From IMG/VR virus record IMGVR_UViG_3300034418_003613, positions 1 to 64,000 of that record: a stretch of 64,000 nt of DNA. One strand, written 5' to 3'. The DNA is from a virus. The notes under the pieces were generated by a model. The model saw only the letters and a program-made list of their open reading frames with translations. It did not search any database and was not told where the DNA came from. Shown piece by piece: positions 17,447 through 26,218 of this stretch (position 1 is the first letter of the stretch; each line of letters opens with the position of its first letter). The translations under genes and the position numbers were made by a program.

Positions 17447-20400
17447 ATGATTCCTACGAATAACGGCAGTACATCCCCTTGTGATCCTTTATCATCAAAT
17501 TGTGTGGTATGGCAAGGTCCTGATATTTCTTGTATTAACTTATGTAATGGGGATACCATAAGTGATGTGGTCAGTAAGATGGCTACACAACTGTGTGATT
17601 TGGTAACACAGACATGTCAGTGTAATCCAGATTTATCAGGTCTTACTTTAGATTGTATTCCTGCTCCTCCTCAGCAAGATCCTAATCTTACCCAATATAT
17701 GCAGGCTATTGTAGATTATGTCTGCACATTGCCTACATCTAATGCAACCACAATTAATGTAGAGTTGCCAGATTGCTTGCATTATACAAATTCTCAAGGC
17801 AATCCTGTTACATCTTTACCTATTGATGAGTATGCAAAATACTTAGCAAATGAGATTTGTACTATAAAGAGCGCTATCAATATTATTAATAATCAAATTT
17901 TTGATATTGCTAGTCGTCTCTCTATTGTAGAAAGTTATTTTCCAATTGCTTCTCCAACGTCAGAAGTAATATCTTCTTGTATTTTACAAGGCCAGACTGT
18001 TCCCGTATCTACATTATTATTAGCTCTTGAAACAGAGTTTTGTAATCTGAGAACGGCAGTTGGTGATGCTCAAGCTATCAACTTTGCCATTAACGCAAGT
18101 TGTTTATCTGGAACATCTAACATGTTAAGTCAGGGTGGCACTTATGGTAGTCAGTCAGGGTGGATTCAGAATCCAAATACATTAGCAGATATTAATGCTA
18201 ACCAGTGGGTGGCTATTTGCGACATCTATGATGCTGTTGCTAATATTCAACAGAACTGTTGTGTATCGGATTGCAGTGCTGTTTCATGGGCTATGACATA
18301 TAATGTAGTCACAGATCCTGTAAGCGGATTACCTACAACTATCAATTTTAACTTGAATGGTTCAACTGTTCCAAGTGGCTTTACAGATTGCGGTAATTCA
18401 TTTATTGAGATTACTGATGCTAGTGGAGCTAAGATTTCACAATCTATCAATGCTGCAAACTTAGCATCTAGTTCAGTAGGTGTAAACATTGATCTAACCA
18501 ACTCTAATCTTATACTGACATATTCGTTATCTGTTGTTGCACAGCTTTGTGCTACGGATAATAATAATGTATGTCAAGAGATCAAGAATATTACTATACC
18601 ACTTGGCATTCCATGTCCTACTAGTTCTACTTTAACACCTAGTACAGACTCGATTGTAGTTGCTTTTCCTAACAGCTTAACTGGTTCAAATTATACTTAT
18701 AGAATCACTTGTAATCAAGGACCAAATGTTGTTGCTGCAACAACTATTGCAAATCCTGGTGCTAACATTTCTTACACATTCACAGGATTATCTTCGGCAA
18801 CACTCTATACTATCCAGATTAATATTACAGATTTAAGCACACAACAGCAGAGGGCCTGCACTTTAGGTGCGACAACTACACTTGGTGTTAGTTGTACTTC
18901 TCTTGCAATCACAGATGCTTTAGACGAAGCCGCTGTTGCTGGTGACTATTACATTGGTCAGACAGGAACTGTCGAAAATACTAAAAGATTTTATTATAGA
19001 CCCGGAAATAGCATTATTAGACAGGTTGGTGAGGTGTCATTATTTAATCCTGATCTAACTGTTGTTAGTGTGACTGCTGGTGGTAATGTAACTATTAATG
19101 TAGAACGTAATACCGGAGGCACAGGGACACCTACTACTATCATATATGACTATAGTGCAGATATGATTACGTGGACAAATGGAGGATCTACTACCACTAA
19201 TCCTGATAATGGGATAGTTATTGCAACTGGAATTACAACTAAGTCCATTTATGTTAGAGCTCGTCAGAATGATGGTGGTTCTAATTATAGCGAATACACT
19301 ATTGTACGTTATGATTTTAACACAGATCAGACTACAACTATCCAGGATCCTGCGAATGATACTCCAAGTTTCTTAACAAGCCAACCTTCTGGTTTCTTTG
19401 TATCATACGGTACACTTACATGTGGCACACTTACCGAGACTATTCCTGGTGGAAATCTATCAGAGAGTGTTTGGTACTATGTTGGAAAGATTGAAGTTAA
19501 CAGCGTTACTCAATATATCTATGCTGGCTGGAGTGATGCTACAGAAACAGTTACAAAAGTTGTGGCATGTTGCGAATGCCCCGCTTTCTTACTAACAAGC
19601 ACTACATCTGGGTACTTCTGTAACAGTGGATCAAGCACTACTATTGAAATTCCATATGTCATTGGTGACGGTGAACCAGCCTTAAGTATTGTAGCTAATC
19701 CTCAGTACGGAACTGTAACTCAGAGCCCAACCGATGCTAATACCTTTACTTATACCCATAACGGAGCTTCTTCATATGGAGATACATTTGAGGTTAGATT
19801 GACTTCAGACACAGCAGGAGATTGTTCTTCTGTCACTGCAATTGTTCAAGTTCAGATTATTCAGCCTGAGATTTTAGGTGCTCAGGTTTCAGAGACAGAG
19901 GATGATTTTTATATGTTTGTTGATACAAATAGCTTTAGTGTAACAGATGCAGTTACGTTTGAATCTCTTAAGGCTAGGCTGGAGGCTTGGCTTGCATTAG
20001 TTTGTACAGCTTGGAGTGGTGAGATTTTTTTAATTCCAACCACTAGTCGAAGATGGTTACAGTATTCAACTGCTGTTGTTGAAAATGGGCAAAGCGCTAC
20101 AGGTGCTGTTGGAGCTCCGCTTGATGGTGCATCAGAGTGGGTTGCTATTCAAGACTTACCTACCGGTTGGGGAAGCGCTCCTTTAGCAGCTCCTACGACT
20201 AGAGCTAATATTCTTGTATTTTCTAATAATACAAATCCTGAGTATCATGGCGCTACTTTAAGCAGTGGTTTTGGTTCACCTACACAACCTACAGCTAATT
20301 ATCTTGAGGACTATGAGATTCATACTGATATTTTAACCGGTTCAGCTAATAGCGCTTATGGAGTAGCAAAGGCTTTTGGAGGCACATCCCCATTTACAGC

Positions 20401-20815
20401 AGGAATGCAGGTGGTATATTATCCGATTACTGCAGATACTGCAGGTCAATCAGCTTCTGCAATCTTACAAGGTCTGGCATCTTATACAGCTAAAATGACT
20501 CCTCCGAGCGAGTATGGTGTTAGAACGGCTGTTGATGTTACAGGATACTTGATGCAGGGTGTAACACCATCTGCCACTAACCCATATGAAGGGGCTAGCA
20601 CTGGAGCTATTACACTAGAAGGACTTTATAAGAAGAGTGTTCTTATGTTCTTGAATCAACCTGTTGGATCTCTTACTGTTGCAGAGTATTTAACTGCGAT
20701 TTATAATGGTACTGATGACGGAGACTTCCAAGAGAAGATGAAAATTATGTTTGTTGGACATGATGATTTATGCCCGGACAGTACTTCTCCTGCAAGTCCA
20801 GCCTGGCCATCATAA
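17447..20815 (+). CDS. Cys-rich fibre/spike-like virion protein with FN3/Ig-like domains
   Basis: 1122 aa, Cys/Ser/Thr-rich. FN3 signature YTFTGLSSATLYTIQI; Ig-like NPQYGTV...FTYTH...DTF. Confidence 0.6.
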   Translation: MIPTNNGSTSPCDPLSSNCVVWQGPDISCINLCNGDTISDVVSKMATQLCDLVTQTCQCNPDLSGLTLDCIPAPPQQDPNLTQYMQAIVDYVCTLPTSNATTINVELPDCLHYTNSQGNPVTSLPIDEYAKYLANEICTIKSAINIINNQIFDIASRLSIVESYFPIASPTSEVISSCILQGQTVPVSTLLLALETEFCNLRTAVGDAQAINFAINASCLSGTSNMLSQGGTYGSQSGWIQNPNTLADINANQWVAICDIYDAVANIQQNCCVSDCSAVSWAMTYNVVTDPVSGLPTTINFNLNGSTVPSGFTDCGNSFIEITDASGAKISQSINAANLASSSVGVNIDLTNSNLILTYSLSVVAQLCATDNNNVCQEIKNITIPLGIPCPTSSTLTPSTDSIVVAFPNSLTGSNYTYRITCNQGPNVVAATTIANPGANISYTFTGLSSATLYTIQINITDLSTQQQRACTLGATTTLGVSCTSLAITDALDEAAVAGDYYIGQTGTVENTKRFYYRPGNSIIRQVGEVSLFNPDLTVVSVTAGGNVTINVERNTGGTGTPTTIIYDYSADMITWTNGGSTTTNPDNGIVIATGITTKSIYVRARQNDGGSNYSEYTIVRYDFNTDQTTTIQDPANDTPSFLTSQPSGFFVSYGTLTCGTLTETIPGGNLSESVWYYVGKIEVNSVTQYIYAGWSDATETVTKVVACCECPAFLLTSTTSGYFCNSGSSTTIEIPYVIGDGEPALSIVANPQYGTVTQSPTDANTFTYTHNGASSYGDTFEVRLTSDTAGDCSSVTAIVQVQIIQPEILGAQVSETEDDFYMFVDTNSFSVTDAVTFESLKARLEAWLALVCTAWSGEIFLIPTTSRRWLQYSTAVVENGQSATGAVGAPLDGASEWVAIQDLPTGWGSAPLAAPTTRANILVFSNNTNPEYHGATLSSGFGSPTQPTANYLEDYEIHTDILTGSANSAYGVAKAFGGTSPFTAGMQVVYYPITADTAGQSASAILQGLASYTAKMTPPSEYGVRTAVDVTGYLMQGVTPSATNPYEGASTGAITLEGLYKKSVLMFLNQPVGSLTVAEYLTAIYNGTDDGDFQEKMKIMFVGHDDLCPDSTSPASPAWPS

Positions 20816-20829
20816 TAAATAATTAAGAT

Positions 20830-21387
20830 ATGAGTTGTAACTGTACCAAATGTAGTCCTAACAAGTGTAGCTGTAAAGACAGCGCATTGACTAATCCATG
20901 TTCATATACAGAATGCCCTTCTACAGCTGAGAGATGTGATGAATCAGTATCTCCTGCTTGTGTGACTTGGACGGGTCCTGAGACTTTAGTTGAGGATGCT
21001 GAAGGAGACACCTTTGTTATTCAACCGGGTGAGAGATTAGAGCAGATCCTACAAAGGATGATGCTTGTACTAGCAGACGGTCTTGTTGCAGGCAACGCAA
21101 GCAATTCATTCCATGCTCCTTTGAACTTATATATTGGTACTATTACAAGTTCATCTATTGAGTTGTTGTGGTCTGGAGAGGCTACTGGAACTACCAGCTT
21201 GCAAGTTCAATATGATACCGCAGTTGGATCTTCTTGGACTACAGCAGCAACTTTGACTGCTGGTGTGTTTAAAGCAACTATTAGCAGTCTAGTTGCTGAA
21301 ACAAAATACAAGTTTAGAATCATAGCTGATAATGGTGCTACACAACCTGAATCGGTTATTGTATTTGCTACAACGTTGACGGCGTAA
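20830..21387 (+). CDS. Cys-rich virion protein with C-terminal FN3 domain
   Basis: N-terminal Cys cluster; ITSSSIELLW...ISSLVAETKYKFRI is an FN3 pattern. Confidence 0.65.
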   Translation: MSCNCTKCSPNKCSCKDSALTNPCSYTECPSTAERCDESVSPACVTWTGPETLVEDAEGDTFVIQPGERLEQILQRMMLVLADGLVAGNASNSFHAPLNLYIGTITSSSIELLWSGEATGTTSLQVQYDTAVGSSWTTAATLTAGVFKATISSLVAETKYKFRIIADNGATQPESVIVFATTLTA

Positions 21388-21393
21388 ACGGAA

Positions 21394-21457
21394 GTGGTAG
21401 TTTGTTGGTTTTCTATCACAGATGTTGGAGAAGGTCCCTGCGGGGGCCTTCTTTTTT
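21394..21457 (+). ncRNA. candidate small regulatory RNA (seed-loop hairpin plus terminator)
   Basis: Stem GTGGTAG/CTATCAC encloses loop TTTGTTGGTTTT (21401-21412), the exact reverse complement of 9608-9619 next to the scaffold start codon. A terminator follows. Confidence 0.45.
21429..21457 (+). terminator. intrinsic terminator
   Basis: AGAAGGTCCC-TGCG-GGGGCCTTCT followed by TTTTT. Confidence 0.85.
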
Positions 21458-21473
21458 GTTAATTTAATTTCTT

Positions 21474-21481
21474 TAAATTTG
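21474..21481 (+). promoter_or_regulatory. Bacteroidota-type -7 element upstream of the metallophosphoesterase
   Basis: TAAATTTG between the terminator and ATG 21496; no phage motif in this gap. Confidence 0.45.
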
Positions 21482-21495
21482 ATAAACTTCTAAGT

Positions 21496-22707
21496 ATGAG
21501 CCTAAAAGGAAAAGTAGAAGAATCTCTTAAATGGAAAAAGAGTGTTCCGTATTGTGCAGCACGTCTAGATATCTCTGAGAAAACATATTCTAAGATTAAA
21601 CGTGAGATTTTTTCAGAAAGAAAAAAGAAGAAAAAGTTTTTTAGCGGATCTGCAAAGAATGAGCAATTTACTGAGGAGATTAATCTAGAAAAAGGAGAGG
21701 GTAAAATAGCAGGTACATTTGATCATGAGCCTAAATCTCCAGAAGAGATAGTTAAGCTATTAAAGATTGATACAACGCAATGGCGTTTAGCCTCATACTG
21801 GAATAAGCAGATGGGAGATCATTGGAGAGTATCCGCTTTTATAACCAGAGTCAAGCAAGAGGATAAGAATTACATAGAAGATGTAATTAAGAACTGGCAG
21901 CCAAGAGACTACAATATTACAAAACCAGATCACTTTTTGAATAAGAATGCCACGAAAGTTTGTGGCATTATTTCTTTACAGGATATCCATTTTGGCAAGC
22001 AGGGGAATGAAACCATTGACAAAGACTTTGAGGACACACTTAAGGATCTTTTACTTAGGAGCAGTGCAGCACACCACATAGAGAAGTTATTCTTTGTAGT
22101 AGGCGGTGACATGATCAACATGGATTCTTTTTCTGGGACTACTACTAGCGGTACACCATTAGATAATTGTAGCATGGCAACCGATGCATATATCCAAGCA
22201 TTTGATGCTATGCACTGGGGCTTAAACTATGCAAAGGCTTTTTGTGATGAGCTCGTTGTAGTTTACATACCGGGTAACCATGATAGGTTATCATCCTTTC
22301 ACCTAGCTCATGCTCTTTCTAAAGCTATATCAGATCCTAATATTATTTGGGACATTGAATATGCAGAAAGAAAGGTACACGTGTGGCATGATAACTTTAA
22401 CGCATTTGAACATGGTGATGTACCAGCTAAAAACACACCGTTAGTATATGCAACAGAGTATGCTAAAGAGTGGGGATCTACTAAGAATAGGACTTTATTT
22501 GCAGGGCACTATCACCAGAACAGAAAGGTGGAGTATGTAACTACCTCCGAGAACACTGGCTTTATACATAAGACTCTTCCTAGTCTATGTAAGACTGATT
22601 ACTATCATTACCACAATAAGTACGTAGGTAACCAGAGAGCAGGTAAGATTGAGTTACAACATCCGCAGATGGGGAACATCTGTGAGCTCACTTATCAGGC
22701 ACTTTAA
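21496..22707 (+). CDS. calcineurin-like metallophosphoesterase with N-terminal extension
   Basis: All five motifs in order: DIHFG, GGD, PGNHD, EHGD, GHYH. Confidence 0.85.
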   Translation: MSLKGKVEESLKWKKSVPYCAARLDISEKTYSKIKREIFSERKKKKKFFSGSAKNEQFTEEINLEKGEGKIAGTFDHEPKSPEEIVKLLKIDTTQWRLASYWNKQMGDHWRVSAFITRVKQEDKNYIEDVIKNWQPRDYNITKPDHFLNKNATKVCGIISLQDIHFGKQGNETIDKDFEDTLKDLLLRSSAAHHIEKLFFVVGGDMINMDSFSGTTTSGTPLDNCSMATDAYIQAFDAMHWGLNYAKAFCDELVVVYIPGNHDRLSSFHLAHALSKAISDPNIIWDIEYAERKVHVWHDNFNAFEHGDVPAKNTPLVYATEYAKEWGSTKNRTLFAGHYHQNRKVEYVTTSENTGFIHKTLPSLCKTDYYHYHNKYVGNQRAGKIELQHPQMGNICELTYQAL

Positions 22708-22731
22708 ACTTTTATAAGTGCTCTTTTTTTT
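22699..22731 (+). terminator. possible weak terminator overlapping the promoter motif
   Basis: GCACTT...AAGTGC stem followed by TCTTTTTTTT. Confidence 0.4.
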
Positions 22732-22740
22732 GTAAATTAT
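22729..22740 (+). promoter_or_regulatory. phage promoter-like motif (variant TTTGTAAATTAT)
   Basis: 11/12 match upstream of 22752. Confidence 0.55.
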
Positions 22741-22751
22741 AACTATAGACT

Positions 22752-23312
22752 ATGATTAATAATTTCAAAGAGCCCGACCTAAATGCTCCGAGATACAGAG
22801 AGAAAAGGCTTGGGCTTCTAAATGCTGAGGTGATTAATAAGTTTAAGAGTAAGTATCCTCATTATGAGAATATTGATAACAACAAGTTGAAGGACATAAT
22901 TAGGATATATAATAATAAGTTGTGGAATGGAGTGATTGATAATAGAGATGGTGTTGAATTACCTGATTCATTAGGGTATCTTTTTATAGGTACTTGTGCT
23001 CCGGCTAAATCAGTGAATACAAACTACTCACTATCAAAGGAATATGGCAAGGTTTTGCAAAACAAGAATTGGGAAACTGACGGAAACATAGGAAAGATAT
23101 TTTATACAAACTGGTCTACTAAATATAGATTTCGCAACAGAGAGTTTTGGAGATTCACAGCGTGTAGGAAGTTTAAGAGATCTGTAGCCAAGACTTATCC
23201 AGAGAACTGGAATAAGTATAGGATTATGAAGAACAAGTATAGGATAGCACATCTTTTCAACTTTACCCCTCCAGAGAGTGATCTGAAGGGATATGATGAA
23301 TTTGAAAGCTAA
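22752..23312 (+). CDS. divergent IHF/HU-like protein
   Basis: LKDIIRIYNNKLWNGVIDNRDGVELPDSLGYLFI and C-terminal WRFTACRKFKRSV resemble the IHF-like genes of crAss-like tail modules. Confidence 0.6.
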   Translation: MINNFKEPDLNAPRYREKRLGLLNAEVINKFKSKYPHYENIDNNKLKDIIRIYNNKLWNGVIDNRDGVELPDSLGYLFIGTCAPAKSVNTNYSLSKEYGKVLQNKNWETDGNIGKIFYTNWSTKYRFRNREFWRFTACRKFKRSVAKTYPENWNKYRIMKNKYRIAHLFNFTPPESDLKGYDEFES

Positions 23313-23316
23313 GAGA

Positions 23317-23988
23317 ATGACAACAATAGGAGATGTAGTATCAAGAGTCAGAGGACAGGTAAAAGCAGAGGTGCAAGATGCTTTTGTTACTGACCGCTAC
23401 ATATATAGCCTTATTTTAAAGTTTGCTCAGCTGCTTATGCGTAGGCAGGATAGTGCTAATAAACTGATGAAGTTTAATAGTGTATGGCAGACGCTTCCAT
23501 TTTTAAACTTGATTGAGGTAGATAGAGTTGAAGCTAGCTGTTCTGGTATAGCAAGTGGTTGTACAATCAAGAGAACTAAGGAAAAGCTTCCAACATTTAT
23601 GGAAGGATACTGGGGTCCTCTGATTAGAACTGTTAGTTCTTTAGATGGATCTATAGAGTTACAGCCTACAAATCCAGGTACTTATACCTCAATGTCTAAA
23701 ACAACCTCTTTTAAGTACAATACAACAAAGTATTACTGGTACTTAAATGGCTATCTATATATGCCTAATATTGAATGGGATGCTATTAAGTTGGAGGGGG
23801 TATTTGAAGGTGACATATCTAGATGGACATGTGATGAAGATGATAACTGTGTACCTAGATACTTACAACAGTTTTTTGTACCGGAGTTTTTATTTGCTGA
23901 GATTGAACAGCAGGTACTTGCGGTAATATTTAATACAGTAAAAGTGCCTGCAGAAGATGCAGATAACAAACAGAGTGTTCATAGATAA
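23317..23988 (+). CDS. tail ring/tubular-type structural protein
   Basis: MTTIGDVVSRVR...VTDRYIYSLI, KYYWYLNGYLY and C-terminal PAEDADN. ATG 23317, just after the previous stop, is preferred. Confidence 0.6.
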   Translation: MTTIGDVVSRVRGQVKAEVQDAFVTDRYIYSLILKFAQLLMRRQDSANKLMKFNSVWQTLPFLNLIEVDRVEASCSGIASGCTIKRTKEKLPTFMEGYWGPLIRTVSSLDGSIELQPTNPGTYTSMSKTTSFKYNTTKYYWYLNGYLYMPNIEWDAIKLEGVFEGDISRWTCDEDDNCVPRYLQQFFVPEFLFAEIEQQVLAVIFNTVKVPAEDADNKQSVHR

Positions 23989-24007
23989 TAATTTAAAGTA
24001 GAATACA

Positions 24008-24676
24008 ATGAATAATATACTCACAGACATACTTGGGATGTTGAAGAGAAGGGAGATCTCTAAAGTTGAGAATGGAGATTTTATCCCATTTGCTAGATAT
24101 AGAAAGAATCTACGCAGGAATAAAGGTGTACTTGAAGAACCTAAGGTTATTACAAGAATTACTAAAGCAGAGGACTTAGTAAAGTATGTTGAGGACTCTA
24201 TTCCAAAAGGCTATTTAGTTTATACTGGAGTTATTGAAGACTTTGGAAGTGGAGATACTCCCAACTCACCTTTTGGTGGAGAACCTGCAGAATGGACTGT
24301 GCGAGGTGGTGCAGTGAATGCACACACATCTGTACTTGTAGCACCAAGGAATTTAAAGATTATTGCTGCTACAGCAAAGATGACTGGAAATGCTGTAACT
24401 TTTTCTGCTGATGCTGATTTTGAATTTAAAATTTGGACATCGGATCAACTAGCAAATGGTAGGCCGAATGATTCAGGTATTTGGACATATGCTGGTTCAT
24501 TAGCTAAACGTTGGACTGTTGCTGATAATGGTAATCCTGGTTTTGTTGAAAATCTTAGCGCTCCTCTAGAAATACCAGCAGGCACAATGTTTTCATTGGC
24601 AGCAACAATTAATGCTGGAAGCGTCAGTGCTAATGTAAATGAAGTTGAAGTTTCATTTTTAGTTGAATTACCATAA
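24008..24676 (+). CDS. putative virion protein, N-terminus paralogous to 25395..25925
   Basis: MNNILTDILGMLKRR N-terminus and a beta-rich C-terminal domain. Confidence 0.6.
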   Translation: MNNILTDILGMLKRREISKVENGDFIPFARYRKNLRRNKGVLEEPKVITRITKAEDLVKYVEDSIPKGYLVYTGVIEDFGSGDTPNSPFGGEPAEWTVRGGAVNAHTSVLVAPRNLKIIAATAKMTGNAVTFSADADFEFKIWTSDQLANGRPNDSGIWTYAGSLAKRWTVADNGNPGFVENLSAPLEIPAGTMFSLAATINAGSVSANVNEVEVSFLVELP

Positions 24677-24680
24677 GGTT

Positions 24681-24890
24681 ATGCCTCCAAGAAAAAAAGC
24701 ACCTGCAAAAAAGAAAAGCACAGTTAATGCTTCTGGTAACTATACGAAGCCTGGTATGCGTAAGAAACTATTTAATCAGATTAAAGCCGGAAGTAAAGGT
24801 GGACGTCCTGGTCAATGGTCTGCACGTAAAGCACAGATGTTAGCCAAGCGATATAAGGCTGCTGGTGGCGGTTATAAAACTAAGAAGTAA
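24681..24890 (+). CDS. small basic protein (DUF5872-like, N-terminal part)
   Basis: NYTKPGMRKKL...IKAGSKGGRPGQWSARKAQMLAKRYKAAGGGY. ATG 24681 is preferred. Confidence 0.7.
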   Translation: MPPRKKAPAKKKSTVNASGNYTKPGMRKKLFNQIKAGSKGGRPGQWSARKAQMLAKRYKAAGGGYKTKK

Positions 24891-25156
24891 TGGCTAGTTC
24901 TAGAAAACAACAAGCTGCAATAGCAGTGAATATGAAGCAGAAGGGTAAGAAACCTAAGGGTGCAAAACCTATGGCTAAGAGTGTTTATAAGAAAGGTGGA
25001 TCTACTAGCATGAAGTCTGTAAAAGCTCCTGAGGGTTTTCATTGGATGAAGGACGGATCTGGATATAAGTTGATGAAACACTCTGGCAAATTTGTAAAGC
25101 ATCCTGGTGCGTCATTAACAGCTAAATTTAAGATCCAAAAGAAACATAGCAAGTAA
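24890..25156 (+). CDS. small basic protein
   Basis: K-rich; contains SRKQQAAIA and VKAPEGFHWMK; translationally coupled to both neighbours. Confidence 0.65.
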   Translation: MASSRKQQAAIAVNMKQKGKKPKGAKPMAKSVYKKGGSTSMKSVKAPEGFHWMKDGSGYKLMKHSGKFVKHPGASLTAKFKIQKKHSK

Positions 25157-25398
25157 TGGCAAAGACGGCAAGGCAAAAGAGTTTAGATAGATGGACTAAG
25201 CAGAAGTGGAGAACACCTTCTGGTAAGAAATCTTCTGAGACAGGAGAAGTGTATGCGCCGTCTGCTACTATCAGAAAGCTTAAGAGTACTGCAGCTGGTA
25301 GAAAGAAGTTAGCTGCTGCTAATAAAAAGAAACGTGCTGCTACTAAAAAAGGTAAGCAGCATGCAAAACATGGACTACATAAAGGCAAGAAGAGATGA
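25156..25398 (+). CDS. small basic protein (DUF5872-like, C-terminal part)
   Basis: QKSLDRWTKQKWRT..GKKSSETGEVYAP..AI...NKKKRAATKKGKQ. Confidence 0.7.
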   Translation: MAKTARQKSLDRWTKQKWRTPSGKKSSETGEVYAPSATIRKLKSTAAGRKKLAAANKKKRAATKKGKQHAKHGLHKGKKR

Positions 25399-25925
25399 GT
25401 AATATTTTACAAGACATAATGGGAATGATTAAACGTAGGTTGTTTATATCTATTCCTAGTGATGAAGATTTCTTTTTTATTAGTAAAAGAACTAAAACTG
25501 TAAAGAAAGAATTAAAACCAGAACCTGAGGCTGATTCTAATTTGATAAAGGCAAAGGATTTAAAATCCTATGTAATCCAGGATACAAAGTTTATTATACC
25601 TAGATTGATTGAAGGTAGTGGTGGAGATGTATTTGATCTTACAGCTTCTGATGACTGGATGATTTATCTAAAGCACACACAAGTTGGAAATGCTACCTAT
25701 CAAGTGCTATTACCAGATGCAACATCAGTAGCTTACAAGTATAGAGTTATTCGTTTTATATCCGATGCCTCTATGCAGGGAAGCAATCATGCTGAGCTTG
25801 TAACCTTTAATGGTCAGTTTATAGATGAAAGCAGCTCCAACTATCAGATTAATCAACATTTTGAAGGTATTACTCTTTGGTCCGATGGAACAAGATGGAT
25901 TGTTATTCAAGCTAAAGCACACTAA
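25395..25925 (+). CDS. putative virion protein, N-terminus paralogous to 24008..24676
   Basis: MSNILQDIMGMIKRR N-terminus; the C-terminal LPDA...ITLWSDGTRWIVI resembles fibre-tip beta domains. Confidence 0.6.
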   Translation: MSNILQDIMGMIKRRLFISIPSDEDFFFISKRTKTVKKELKPEPEADSNLIKAKDLKSYVIQDTKFIIPRLIEGSGGDVFDLTASDDWMIYLKHTQVGNATYQVLLPDATSVAYKYRVIRFISDASMQGSNHAELVTFNGQFIDESSSNYQINQHFEGITLWSDGTRWIVIQAKAH

Positions 25926-25927
25926 TC

Positions 25928-26215
25928 ATGGCAGCTAAGAAGGATCCAAAGTTGACTAGAGCTGGTGTATCAGGTTATAATAAACCTAAGAGGACACCAA
26001 GTCATCCTACGAAGTCACATGTTGTTGTAGCTAAGAAAGGTGATAAGACAAAGCTTATCCGCTTTGGTCAACAAGGTGTAAAGGGTGCAGGTAAGAATCC
26101 TAAGAGTGCGAAAGATAAAGCACGAAAGAAGAGTTACTACGCTAGACATAATGCCCAGGATTCTAAGCCGGATATTTTTTCAGCACGTTACTGGTCTCAT
26201 AAAGTAAAATGGTAA
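25928..26215 (+). CDS. small basic protein
   Basis: KSHVVVAK...KLIRFGQQG...RKKSYYARH...SARYWSHKVKW, a motif pattern I recognise from aquatic virus proteins. Confidence 0.7.
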   Translation: MAAKKDPKLTRAGVSGYNKPKRTPSHPTKSHVVVAKKGDKTKLIRFGQQGVKGAGKNPKSAKDKARKKSYYARHNAQDSKPDIFSARYWSHKVKW

Positions 26216-26218
26216 ATC

